Of a DNA stretch of 64,000 bases, positions 9,648 through 19,464 are shown piece after piece. Position numbers and translations under genes: made by a program. The stretch is from Nitrospirota bacterium. Its GTDB lineage: Bacteria > Nitrospirota > UBA9217. How positions within the stretch are numbered: position 1 is the first letter of the stretch; every line of letters starts with the position of its first letter. Below the pieces are notes generated by a model that saw only the letters and a list, made by a program, of their open reading frames with translations, was not told the origin of the DNA and did not search any database. The stretch lies in assembly GCA_963737155.1 (NCBI GenBank), contig CAVTRN010000002.1:192001-256000 (forward strand). The letters are read 5' to 3'.

Positions 9648-11519
9648 ATGAAATCATTTCTTTCCCTGATCCTGCTTCTTCTCTGTCTCACCTCGATCGT
9701 CCTTGCCGAACCTATGCCGGAATCCGATATCCCATACCGCTATACATACTGGGATGTCAAATATGACGTCAATGCTGATGGCTCCTTTGTCGTAACTGAG
9801 AAATGGAGCAGGACAGTCCTAAAAGAGAATTCACTTTCGAGGCTTAAAGAGGGTTCGGTAACCTTCAGCACGTCGGTCGCGAAGGGGGAGATCCTCGAGG
9901 CATATACGGTAAAGAAATCGGGACAGAGGATAGATGCCCCCAGGGATAGCTACCAGGTCAATATCCATGACGGATATAAAAAGGCTTCTCCCTTATTCTC
10001 CGATGAAACAACCATCAGCGTGGTTTTTCCTGACCTTGCTGTGGGAGATACGGTGTTCTTTTCCTCCCGGGTCACGAACTCCGTAGGGATATTCCCCAAT
10101 CAATTCTCAACCAGCCACGGTTTTTCCCAGTTTATGGCTCTCGACAATGCTTCCATCGAGATCACCGCACCTGCAACAATGAACCTTAGGACGCAGTCCT
10201 ATTTTCTCGATGAGCAAAAGCCGGAACTGAGGGACGGAAAACAGATTCTGCGTTGGACCTATCGGAACAAGACGCCTGAAAAATGGACGGCTGCTGACAA
10301 AGGCATTTACAACATCGGGGACAGTCCAGCCCTCTATATCTCTACATTCAAGAGCTACAAGGAGATCGTGGACGCCTACGGTGCACGAGCCTTGCCTAAG
10401 GCCGAAGTGACCGAGCGGGTGAAGAAGCTGGCGGCAGAGATTGTCGATGACAAAAAACCCCCTGAAATGCAAGCCCGTTCTTTCTACGATTGGGTTGCGA
10501 AGAATATCTCCTATGGTGGGAACTGCATCGGTATCGGCGCCGTGGTGCCGCGAGATCTGTCAACCGTTCTGGACAACAGGATGGGCGACTGCAAGGACCA
10601 TGCGACCCTGCTGCAGGCACTCCTTGCCTCCCGGAACATTGAAAGCGAACAGGCACTCATCAGTGCGGGCGAGACCTACCAGTTGCCGGACGTGCCCGTA
10701 GTCTCATCAGTGAACCACGTCATCAACTACATTCCGAAAATGAACCTTTTCATCGATGCAACGTCTTCTGATACACCCTTCGGCATGCTCCCGATGAGCC
10801 TTGGTGAGAAGCCTGTGCTGCTGGTATCGCACTATCGAGAGGGGATCAAGACACCGTCCACGGCTCAGTATGGCCATGAGCAGACTATGACGACCCGGAT
10901 CACGATAAAGTCCGACGGGACTGCCACCGGAGATGTGGTATGGAGCCTTAAAGGAATACCGGCAACCATGGCTAGGGCGGTCATGCGCGTTTTCCCGAGC
11001 GGGCAGGAGGATTTTCTGGCGGAGAAGATGCTGGAGGCCCAGGGGATGCACGGTAGGGGAACACTGAAGAAGGACGATCCTGAAGCGTTGATCGATACCT
11101 ACAAGCTCAGCATGTCATTCAGTCTGCAGGATTACGTGACCGTAGGTGTAGCCACAGGCATGGCCGTGAAGCCGGTGGCTGGCAGCTTCCTCCCCATCGA
11201 CAGGTTCCTGGCCACGGTATATCAGCCGGAGATGAAGAGGCCGCAGACCTGCACCGGCGGAAAAAGCGTGGAAGAGTATATCGTGGAGTTCCCAGACAAT
11301 ATGAAAATCATGGCTGTGCCCAAGGATTACGAACTGAGCAGCGCCTTCGTAGACTACCGTTCGACCTACCGGCAAACAGGGAACACAGTGACTGTCCACC
11401 GCGAGTTCAACGATAAGACGCCGACGAACATCTGCACACCGCAGGTGATGGCGGAATACAAAAAAGCTCTCATAAGCATTGCGCGGGATTTGAAAGCGCA
11501 GGTCCTGGTCAGCGATTGA
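9648..11519 (+). CDS. secreted DUF3857 / transglutaminase-like protein
   Basis: RBS GGAGG and signal peptide; GDCKDHA, NHVI and FIDAT (Cys-His-Asp triad). Confidence 0.88.
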   Translation: MKSFLSLILLLLCLTSIVLAEPMPESDIPYRYTYWDVKYDVNADGSFVVTEKWSRTVLKENSLSRLKEGSVTFSTSVAKGEILEAYTVKKSGQRIDAPRDSYQVNIHDGYKKASPLFSDETTISVVFPDLAVGDTVFFSSRVTNSVGIFPNQFSTSHGFSQFMALDNASIEITAPATMNLRTQSYFLDEQKPELRDGKQILRWTYRNKTPEKWTAADKGIYNIGDSPALYISTFKSYKEIVDAYGARALPKAEVTERVKKLAAEIVDDKKPPEMQARSFYDWVAKNISYGGNCIGIGAVVPRDLSTVLDNRMGDCKDHATLLQALLASRNIESEQALISAGETYQLPDVPVVSSVNHVINYIPKMNLFIDATSSDTPFGMLPMSLGEKPVLLVSHYREGIKTPSTAQYGHEQTMTTRITIKSDGTATGDVVWSLKGIPATMARAVMRVFPSGQEDFLAEKMLEAQGMHGRGTLKKDDPEALIDTYKLSMSFSLQDYVTVGVATGMAVKPVAGSFLPIDRFLATVYQPEMKRPQTCTGGKSVEEYIVEFPDNMKIMAVPKDYELSSAFVDYRSTYRQTGNTVTVHREFNDKTPTNICTPQVMAEYKKALISIARDLKAQVLVSD

Positions 11520-11592
11520 CAGGTCAATGGGTGTGGAAGCAAAACGGGAAACCGAGCGCAAATCAAGGAAATAGCAAATATGCCTTAAGCAC

Positions 11593-11639
11593 GCTCATTT
11601 ACCCGAAGGTCAAATGTTCAAATCCTCTCCCCGCCAGCA
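11593..11639 (+). pseudogene. degenerate 3' fragment of tRNA-Met (att-site scar)
   Basis: GCTCAT-ttACCCGAAGGTC...GTTCAAATCCT...CCCCGCCAGCA resembles the tRNA-Met anticodon, T-arm and acceptor; no 5' half. Confidence 0.6.
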
Positions 11640-11648
11640 AATTCAATC

Positions 11649-11680
11649 AGGGGTTACGGCACATGCTGTAACCCCTTTGT
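11649..11680 (+). terminator. intrinsic terminator-like hairpin
   Basis: AGGGGTTACGGC-ACAT-GCTGTAACCCCT followed by TTGT. Confidence 0.6.
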
Positions 11681-11777
11681 CATCTCAGTGGGCCGGTCCT
11701 TTCTATATGTCTCCGCTTCCTAAAAATAGGTGGCCGACATGGACAACTCCGGTTTTCTATATATAGCGAAATCAGAT

Positions 11778-11942
11778 TTATTTCTCTGCAAGTTGAATCA
11801 GTTTATTGTAAGTTTCTTCAAGTATCTTTACTAATGTAATATCATTTTGCGGTGAACCCGCTGCAGCTGCTTTTGTAATTTCAGCCGCGATTTTTAACCA
11901 TCCATCTTTACCAGAATCCATCAATTGGCTAGTACGGGGCAT
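11778..11942 (-). CDS. small 54-aa protein below the ORF-track cutoff
   Basis: AAGGAG RBS; MPRTSQLMDSGKDGWLKIAAEITKAAAAGSPQNDITLVKILEETYNKLIQLAEK*. Confidence 0.55.
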   Translation of the reverse strand: MPRTSQLMDSGKDGWLKIAAEITKAAAAGSPQNDITLVKILEETYNKLIQLAEK

Positions 11943-12056
11943 ATAGAATATTCTCCTTTGTGAAGTTGTATTTATTTACTTTGACATCATGTGCTCATTG
12001 GCTTGTTTTTTTTAAATCTTTGTTAACTTACACGGATAAATATTTTCTTCATAAAA

Positions 12057-12374
12057 CTATCTATTTTTTTTCTTTTCGATTTCAGCTCCAACAGTTATTA
12101 AATCTACATTAAACTCACCTAAACCCTTAAATCCCCTTTTTATAGCATTTTCTTCATATTTGTTTAAAAGATACCTCAGCTTTTCCTCAAATAATTCCTT
12201 CCCTTTATTGTTTTGAATAAAAGTTTCAAGTACGAATAGCTGCGCTTCAATTTCCGTCTCTATCAAATTCGACCAATTAATCGCCCCTCCAGCACCTTTC
12301 CTTATCCTATCCATCCTGTTTTTTATTGACTGACTTATGGAAATATTTATACGCGTTTTCTTGTCTTTTTTCAT
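12057..12374 (-). CDS. putative ribbon-helix-helix DNA-binding protein
   Basis: KTRINISISQSIKNRMD...INWSNLIE beta-alpha-alpha pattern; AT-rich; start uncertain (12374-12386). Confidence 0.55.
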   Translation of the reverse strand: MKKDKKTRINISISQSIKNRMDRIRKGAGGAINWSNLIETEIEAQLFVLETFIQNNKGKELFEEKLRYLLNKYEENAIKRGFKGLGEFNVDLITVGAEIEKKKNR

Positions 12375-12390
12375 TTTGCTCACCACCAAA

Positions 12391-12419
12391 GGTATACACA
12401 CTAAGTGTGTATCTGTCAA
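12391..12419 (-). promoter_or_regulatory. promoter with overlapping palindromic operator
   Basis: TTGACA-17-TATACC, with ATACACAC-TTA-GTGTGTAT lying across the spacer. Confidence 0.65.
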
Positions 12420-12593
12420 GACATTAAAAAAAGGAGCCATCAATCTCAATAATTAACAGCGCCTTTTTTTACATACACTTTATTTTTTACAAGACCATCT
12501 ATTTTATTCTCTATCTCAAACTTTTCGTTTAATACAATACTACTACTGTACGAACTATTTTAAGTTACATTATTGAATTTGCACCAGAAGAAC

Positions 12594-12648
12594 GGTGCCG
12601 GCGGTCGGAATCGAACCGACATGGAGTTGCCCCCAGAGGATTTTGAGT
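12594..12648 (-). pseudogene. 3' fragment of tRNA-Leu(CAA) (att-site duplicate)
   Basis: Minus ACTCAAAATCCTCTGGGGGCAACTCCATGTCGGTTCGATTCCGACCGCCGGCACC: CAA anticodon, long variable arm, perfect T-arm; D-arm and 5' acceptor strand absent. Confidence 0.8.
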
Positions 12649-13147
12649 AATCCGCAACGAACAGCATCAGATCACTCGGTCAGGTCCAGCTACTGACATA
12701 ACCCTGAAGCTCGCGAGATAGATCGAATACTGTCCATTCCGTATCTGCCCTGTTACTGTCCTGCAAAAGAAAAACGCATTTATGGGTGTCCTAAGTCTTT
12801 GAATTGGCTGGACGGAAAGAGGGGGGCAACGGACTCCCCTTGGGGTAACTCACCTAAGCAATCCATAAACTTCAGCAAATATCACTGGCCATTCCTTCAT
12901 CTGCGACTTCTCCCGCATGATTGAGAACGCTAAATACATGCGTTTTACCTTATGTTGATATTTCCACCGCGGCATAAGCGTTCACGCTGAATAGCTGGTA
13001 TGCTGTCATAACAGCTTACAACTTCTCGGGTAAAAAAAGTGCGCAGACGGCGTTCATTTAATTTATCGTGGCGATGGCAAAAGTCTTCGACCTTAAAATA
13101 AGATGCCTCTGGCATAATGCACGCCAGAGGCTATTATCGTTGGGAAT

Positions 13148-13184
13148 ATAGCTCACCCCCCCGCAAGAAGAGGGAGTGAGCTAT
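13148..13184 (-). terminator. hairpin directly after the Ig-repeat gene
   Basis: ATAGCTCAC...GTGAGCTAT inverted repeat. Confidence 0.55.
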
Positions 13185-13188
13185 CCAG

Positions 13189-16100
13189 TTAAATTGTCGA
13201 TGACATTTGGTTGGAATAATTACTTTCCACGCCCGATGTATCCACATCCGAGACGACAAAGTAATAGGTTCCGGGCGCCATGTTTAATATCTCGGTGATC
13301 GTGGAGGTGCCGGGATTTGGAACACTGACTACCTGCGTGTATACTCCGGATGCGGTTCCGTAATATAGGTTGTACGACGCTATATCAGCGGGAACCAACG
13401 CAGCTCCATTTGTATACGTCGTAGGGGCGGCCCAGTTAAGTGTCACGCTAACCGTAGACGGTGCTGCCGTAATTGTCAGCGAGGCAGTTGCTGAAGCGCC
13501 TCCATAGGAACATGAAATTACCGCCGATCCTGCGGCAACGGCAGTGGCAAGCCCATTCGAGCCCGCTGCGTTGCTGACCGTTGCAGCAGTCGCGTCGGAG
13601 GTACTCCAGGTTGCCAGGGCGGTTAGGTTCTGCGTCGTGTTGTTTGAATACGTTCCGGTCGCGGTAAACTGATAGGTTGTCCCGGTTGGAATAGATACCG
13701 TGAGGGGTGATATGGCGACCGAAACCAGGGTTGCCGGAGTCACGGTCAATGCTGCCGAGCCTGATACGCTCCCTGACGTCGCAGTAATCGTTGTCGAACC
13801 CGTGGCTACCGGGGTTACGAGCCCATTGGATCCTGCGGCGTTGCTGATTGTTGCAATTGATGCCGATGATGACGCCCAAGTCACCGTCGTTGTAAGGTTT
13901 TGTGTAGTGCCGTCGGAATAGGTGCCGGTAGCGGTGAATTGCTCGGTGGTGCCTAACGCGATGCCTGGAGCGGACGGCGATATTGCTATGGAGGCGAGGG
14001 TTGCCGGAGTGACGGTCAATGTTGCCGAGCCTGATATGCTCCCTGACGTCGCAGTAATCGTTGTCGAACCCGTGGCAACCGGGGTTCCGAGCCCATTGGA
14101 TCCTGCGGCATTGCTGATTGTTGCAATGGCTGTCGATGATGACGCCCAGGTCACCGTCGTTGTAAGGTTTTGTGTAGTGCCGTCGGAGTAGGTGCCGGTA
14201 GCGGTGAATTGCTCGGTGGTGCCTAACGCGATGCCTGGAGCGGACGGCGATATTGCTATGGAGGCGAGGGTTGCCGGAGTGACGGTCAATGTTGCCAAGC
14301 CTGATATGCTCCCTGACGTCGCCATAATCATTGTCGAACCTGTGGCAACCGGGGTTCCGAGCCCATTGGATCCTGCGGCATTGCTGATTGTTGCAATTGA
14401 TGTCGATGATGACGCCCAGGTCACCGTCGTTGTAAGGTTCTGGGTAGTGCCGTCGGAGTAGGTGCCAGTAGCGGTGAATTGCTCGGTGGTGCCTAACGCG
14501 AAGCTTGGAGCGGACGGTGTTACAGCAAGAGATACGAGTGTCGCCGGCGTAACGGTCAGCGTGGTAGATCCCGAGATTGCGCCCGATGCAGCCGTGATCG
14601 TGGTCGAACCTGCGGCTGCCGGGGTCGCCAGGCCGTTTAAGCCGGACGCGTTGCTGATGGTTGCGACCGATGTTGACGCTGAGCTCCATGTCGCTGTTGC
14701 CGTAAGATTCTGCGTTGACCCATCGGAATACACGCCGGTAGCGGTAAATTGACTGGTAGTTCCAAGCGCGATGCTCGGGTTTGTCGGCGTTATTTCAAGG
14801 GAAACGAGCGTTGCCGGCGTTATGGTCAAAAGAGTGGTGGCTGATATGCTGCCGGATGCGGCCGCGATTGTTGTGGAACCGATAGCCGCAGCGGTTGCCA
14901 GCCCGTTAGAACCTGCAGCATTGCTGATGGCTGCAGCGGATGTCGCCGATGAACTCCATGTCACCGAATTTGTCAGGTTTTGCGTTGATCCGTCGGAGTA
15001 GGTACCCGTGGCGGTAAATTGGTCGATTGAGCCATTTGTTATGCTTGGATTTGTCGGCGTTATTCCAAGGGAAACGAGCGTTGCCGGCGTTATGGTCAAA
15101 AGAGTGGTGGCCGACATGCCGCCGGATGTTGCCATGATCGTCGCCGACCCTGTTGCGACGGGAGTGGCCAGCCCGTTGGAACCTGCGGCATTGCTGATGG
15201 CTGCAGCGGATGTCGCCGATGAACTCCATGTCACCGAATTTGTCAGGTTTTGAGTTGATCCGTCGGAATAGGTGCCAGTAACGGCAAATTGTTCGGTAGT
15301 CCCCATCGCGATGCTTGGATTGGTAGGTGTTATATCCAGGGATACAAGCGTTGCAGGCGTAACCGTAAACGCAGTTGCTCCTGACACGCTTCCCAGTGTG
15401 GCCGTGATCGATGCTGAACCTGAGGCTACCGGGGCCGCCAGTCCCATTGAGCCAGCCGTATTGCTGATGCTTGCCACGGCAGATGACGAAGAACTCCAGA
15501 CCACGCTTGTCGTCAGATTCTGCGTAGAGTTATCGGAATATGTTCCCGTTGCGACAAATTGCTGGATCATTCCCAGCGCCAGGGTTGGATTCGCCGGCGA
15601 TATTGCTATGGAGACGAGCGTTGCCGGAGTCACCGCCATAGCCGTGGAGCCGGAAATGTTGCCAAACGTCGCTGTGACCGTCGCGTTGCCGGAAGATGCC
15701 GGCGTTGCGAGCCCTATGGATCCCGTTATCGTGCTGACACTTAATATGGATGGTGAGGATGAGTTCCATGTCACATTCTGGGTCATATTTTGAGTGGAAT
15801 TGTCCGAGAAAGTTCCGGTAGCTGTAAACTGCTCCGTTGCCCCTATTGCGATGCTTGAGTTGGCGGGAGTTACCGCGATGGATTGCAAGGTAGCCGGCGT
15901 TGTTGTTAATGTCGTCCAGCCGGATATTTTCCCTCTTCTTGCAGTAATGGTGTTTCTACACGAGCCTCTGTCACCGATATTCCCTAACCACATTATTATG
16001 GCGTTGTCTGTGTCTGACGATCCCCACGTCACCGACGATGTTATGTCCTGGGTTGAATTGTCCGAATATATTCCTGTTGCCGAGAACTGCACGGTGGTCC

Positions 16101-16272
16101 CGGCCGCTATCGTTGGGTTTGTCGGCGTCACTTCAATGGCAACGAGCTGGGCTTGAGTTGAACTGCCGGTGCCGCCTGCCGAGCCGGACTGGGTGCCGCC
16201 TGCGCATGAGGCCAGAATTACCGCTGACAGCAAAGTCAGCACAAATGCAATAAAATCTCTGCTTTTTAACAT
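13189..16272 (-). CDS. lipoprotein adhesin-like protein with 10 Big_2 (Lig-like) Ig repeats and a C-terminal FN3-like domain
   Basis: Lipobox LASC; about 90-aa repeats LxSIxITP...QFTATGTYSDG...VTWSSS; C-terminal LNWAAP...YNLYYG...YYFVV...ESNYS. Confidence 0.92.
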   Translation of the reverse strand: MLKSRDFIAFVLTLLSAVILASCAGGTQSGSAGGTGSSTQAQLVAIEVTPTNPTIAAGTTVQFSATGIYSDNSTQDITSSVTWGSSDTDNAIIMWLGNIGDRGSCRNTITARRGKISGWTTLTTTPATLQSIAVTPANSSIAIGATEQFTATGTFSDNSTQNMTQNVTWNSSSPSILSVSTITGSIGLATPASSGNATVTATFGNISGSTAMAVTPATLVSIAISPANPTLALGMIQQFVATGTYSDNSTQNLTTSVVWSSSSSAVASISNTAGSMGLAAPVASGSASITATLGSVSGATAFTVTPATLVSLDITPTNPSIAMGTTEQFAVTGTYSDGSTQNLTNSVTWSSSATSAAAISNAAGSNGLATPVATGSATIMATSGGMSATTLLTITPATLVSLGITPTNPSITNGSIDQFTATGTYSDGSTQNLTNSVTWSSSATSAAAISNAAGSNGLATAAAIGSTTIAAASGSISATTLLTITPATLVSLEITPTNPSIALGTTSQFTATGVYSDGSTQNLTATATWSSASTSVATISNASGLNGLATPAAAGSTTITAASGAISGSTTLTVTPATLVSLAVTPSAPSFALGTTEQFTATGTYSDGTTQNLTTTVTWASSSTSIATISNAAGSNGLGTPVATGSTMIMATSGSISGLATLTVTPATLASIAISPSAPGIALGTTEQFTATGTYSDGTTQNLTTTVTWASSSTAIATISNAAGSNGLGTPVATGSTTITATSGSISGSATLTVTPATLASIAISPSAPGIALGTTEQFTATGTYSDGTTQNLTTTVTWASSSASIATISNAAGSNGLVTPVATGSTTITATSGSVSGSAALTVTPATLVSVAISPLTVSIPTGTTYQFTATGTYSNNTTQNLTALATWSTSDATAATVSNAAGSNGLATAVAAGSAVISCSYGGASATASLTITAAPSTVSVTLNWAAPTTYTNGAALVPADIASYNLYYGTASGVYTQVVSVPNPGTSTITEILNMAPGTYYFVVSDVDTSGVESNYSNQMSSTI
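13700..15270. repeat. 270-bp intragenic tandem repeats, including near-identical copies
   Basis: 13922-14191 and 14192-14461 are almost identical; a second similar pair lies at about 14770-15270. Confidence 0.9.
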
Positions 16273-16288
16273 GTCTTTCTCCTCCGCT

Positions 16289-16398
16289 TAAAGCAACGTT
16301 ATGCCTCGAACCTCTATCTGCTGGTTCGGAGAACACAGAGTCAAGAAACTCATTAGTTCCGTAGCTCTGTGTTTCTGGGTTTCCCCAGGTTTGCTCTG
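16289..16398 (-). promoter_or_regulatory. candidate GEMM-I-like (cyclic dinucleotide) riboswitch or structured leader
   Basis: AGCAAACCTGGGGAAACCCAGAAACACAGAGCTACGGAACTAA...; closing AGAGCAA/TTGCTTT pairing ends just before the GGAGG RBS. Confidence 0.5.
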
Positions 16399-16920
16399 AG
16401 AAGAGAAAGACTACAGCCTTTCGATTATGGATGTTGCAAATCTGTTGGAAAACCATTGATTGTCCACATACTATGGCGGACCTGAAAAAAGGATTGTGAT
16501 CTGAATTACACGAATGGTGAGATAAATTGTTTACGCCAAAATGATATGATTTGAGTGAGGCGGGCAGGGAAAACGGATATGCAGCCGTGATCATTTACCG
16601 GTTATGCATAGTTTTCCAGTAGCCGCGGATCGTTTTTCCTGCGGTTGGGTGTGTTCTCATAAGGAGAAGATGCTGATGGATCTTAACACAGACAATTCTA
16701 CGACGGGGGTGAGGCATGCTCATGATCGAGTGCCAATATTGAAGACGGCATCATTCCTTTTTTCTGATTGATTCAGTATTATCTCATGATGCAGCCGCTC
16801 AAGAGCGGTGTGAAGTGGCCAGTTTGCAGATTTCATCGGACAATACTACCATCAAATCGGCATAAGCATCGGGGCGACCGTGAGCCAAAGTCTTCTGGAA
16901 AGTAAAAATAAAACAAAAAC

Positions 16921-17142
16921 TATTCGTTCTTGAAATAACCGGAGCCCTTCTGCTTCACTTTGATCATGCGGATATCCTGTTCTGCGAGGTTGTTGCTAAA
17001 CGGAATCCGAAAATCGCGCAGAAACGCGAGCACTCAGGTTTCATGCTTTTCAGGGCGATCGTGCAGGTCTTGGGCTGTTGTTTTGTTTTTTCCGTCCGCG
17101 TTCTTACGGCCCGGCAGAGGGGCAGTTTTGGGATTGGCCATT
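16921..17142 (-). pseudogene. IS66-family transposase C-terminal remnant
   Basis: [36 protein letters not shown]. Confidence 0.8.
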
Positions 17143-17333
17143 TTCAGAGTACTGAGAATGCTTCTTAAATTCCAAAGTTCCAATCGTTAGCCGGAATCAG
17201 TTCGATATCGGTATCCTGGCCTGTATCGACGCGCGTGAAAATTATCCCTTTTCCCGACCTGCCACGTGGGATAACATTAGCGCCTCTCATCTTTGACCGT
17301 GAAGTGAGCATATCAATTTTCAAACAACCCGAA

Positions 17334-17981
17334 TTACTTCCCTGCAACCAACCTTACACCCATATCAAATGCCTTTTGGCAATCCATAGGGAATACTTCT
17401 TCATGCCTCAGCTTCTTTTTTACCGGGTCAAAACGGGTATTAAGAACCTTGGAATAGTCATCAAACTGCAATGTGTCAAAACTGCATATATATTCAGATT
17501 CACCAAAGATTCTTCGAAGTGCTCCATCATAGCGATTGAAATTGACTTCATACTTCCATTCGCGCATGACTTCCTCGGAGACATTCATCGTATAGATGAA
17601 TCCGGTCTTTATCTTCTTGGGGAATAGTGCACCTGGGGGATTGGTGTAGGTCATGTACTGAAACATCCACCGCTCCAAAAATGATTTCATCTCCCCTGAG
17701 ATATCACCCCAATAAATGGGAGACCCCATCAAAACAGCATCAGCCTGTTCAATCCTGCTGAAGATAGAAGCCAGGTCATCCCGAACAACGCATTTACCAT
17801 AACTTTCCCCCCCGAGGGTCTTACAAGCAAAACAACTTATGCACCCTTTATAGTTGAGGTCATAGAGATGAATCAGTTCTGTTATAGCACCCTGTGAGAC
17901 AGCGCCTTCGAGAGCCTTTTGTAGAAGGGTTGCCGTGTTCCATTTCTTCCTTGGACTTCCATTCAAAGCAATTATTTTCAT
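17334..17981 (-). CDS. flavodoxin-family iron-sulfur flavoprotein (NADPH-dependent FMN reductase-like)
   Basis: NGSPRKKWNT, CISCFAC...C, GSPIYW. Confidence 0.9.
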   Translation of the reverse strand: MKIIALNGSPRKKWNTATLLQKALEGAVSQGAITELIHLYDLNYKGCISCFACKTLGGESYGKCVVRDDLASIFSRIEQADAVLMGSPIYWGDISGEMKSFLERWMFQYMTYTNPPGALFPKKIKTGFIYTMNVSEEVMREWKYEVNFNRYDGALRRIFGESEYICSFDTLQFDDYSKVLNTRFDPVKKKLRHEEVFPMDCQKAFDMGVRLVAGK

Positions 17982-18086
17982 GGGATAACCTCAACCGTGT
18001 GAAAAACCCCGTTTATTAAATGCCGATGTTAGAAGCAGTATAGGAGACGATGGAGAAAAAATCAAGGTAAACCGCAGGGGGCGAAT

Positions 18087-18153
18087 TTGACTCACAATAA
18101 ATGTTACCCAAGTGAATCCTGAAATATTTCGTTGACTCACAATTCATGTTACC
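18087..18153. repeat. 22-bp direct repeat in a divergent promoter region
   Basis: TTGACTCACAATAAATGTTACC (18087) and TTGACTCACAATTCATGTTACC (18132). Confidence 0.7.
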
Positions 18154-18438
18154 GGAACAATCCCCCCAAAAAGGAGGCTGGTTCCGATGAGTCCGCGATA
18201 TTGAGTGCCCCGGTTCGAGATAGACAATATTTTTGGCGAGGTGTAGAATTGTATCTGAGACATGAGGTGCGGACTCCTTCCTCATCATGCATATGCTCTA
18301 GACTGAATGCATGTGTAGAATACATCCTGATTATTAGCATAAGGTTTGCTCGATTGCGTCCAGCATATGGAGAAAAGCCGGACGAGGCATTACCACAACC
18401 GGATCGCAAAGTAGCTGATAACAAAAAGGAGATTAATC

Positions 18439-19464
18439 ATGGAGCATTCACGTAGAACTTTTCTCAAAATAGCTAGCGCAGCGGGGATTGCGGTTGCTGG
18501 AGGAAAATCCCCCTTGCTGGCAGCAGAGAAGCCAGCGCGGGCGACAAGATATACATCCAGCCGGGAACTTCCGAATCAGATGACGTTTTGTACTCTCCGC
18601 CGCGATGGCCGCTTTGTGCTTGGCATCCGCACTTCAAAAGGAGTCCTTGACGTGGAGAAGGCTGCAAAGTTTCTTGGCAAGAGCGCGCCGACCACAATCG
18701 ACGAAGTACTGCAGGGCGTGGACCCCGAGGTCCTCCGAACCTTGGTGGATGCGGCGCTCTCATCCAACGCGGCAAAGGCGGCGTTCATCGACGAGAACAA
18801 GGCTTCCTTCGGGCCCTGCGTGACGAACCCTGAGAAGATCATCTGCCTCGGCTATAACTACAAGAAACACGTGGCTGAGATGCACATCCCGACACCCACT
18901 TCACCGGTCCTGTTTAATAAGTTTAACAATGCGCTCAATTTTCACAACGGCGTCATCAACCTGCCCCAAAAGGTGGCGAAAAAGTTCGATTATGAGGTCG
19001 AACTAGTGATCGTGATCGGCAGAACGACTCGCAACGTGAGCGAAGCAGACGCGCTATCGTATGTCTTTGGCTACTGCACGGGTAACGATTTCTCTGCCCG
19101 TGACCTGCAGTTCAAGACAAGCCAGTTGATGCTAGGCAAGACCTGTGACGGATTCGCGCCCATTGGTCCATGGCTGGTCACCGCCGACCAGGTCCCGGAC
19201 CCGCAGAACCTCAAGCTCGAGTGCCGCGTGAATGGGGAATTGCGCCAATCGTCGAACACAAGCGATATGATCTTCGATTGCAAGACCACCGTCAGCTATA
19301 TCTCCCAGCACTGGACGCTCAAGCCGGGGGACATCATCTTTACGGGCACTCCCGAGGGTGTGATACTGGGCTATCCACCGGAGAAGCAGGTCTGGCTCAA
19401 ACCAGGCGATCAAGTGATGACGTCGATCGAGAAACTGGGAGAGCATCGCTTCATGCTGGTGTAG
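18439..19464 (+). CDS. fumarylacetoacetate hydrolase family protein with Tat signal
   Basis: SRRTFLK; KIICLGYNY, DYEVEL, NDFSARD, TGTPEG. Confidence 0.93.
   Translation: MEHSRRTFLKIASAAGIAVAGGKSPLLAAEKPARATRYTSSRELPNQMTFCTLRRDGRFVLGIRTSKGVLDVEKAAKFLGKSAPTTIDEVLQGVDPEVLRTLVDAALSSNAAKAAFIDENKASFGPCVTNPEKIICLGYNYKKHVAEMHIPTPTSPVLFNKFNNALNFHNGVINLPQKVAKKFDYEVELVIVIGRTTRNVSEADALSYVFGYCTGNDFSARDLQFKTSQLMLGKTCDGFAPIGPWLVTADQVPDPQNLKLECRVNGELRQSSNTSDMIFDCKTTVSYISQHWTLKPGDIIFTGTPEGVILGYPPEKQVWLKPGDQVMTSIEKLGEHRFMLV

Noticed and set aside
11593-12648. Functional tRNA genes
   Set aside because: Both lack 5' halves; reported as att fragments instead.
13448-14689. 413-aa minus-strand ORF
   Set aside because: Alternative frame of the repetitive Ig gene.
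13700-15270. Regular repeats as a possible array or DGR template
   Set aside because: They are in-frame 270-bp Ig-domain coding repeats, and no reverse transcriptase is nearby.
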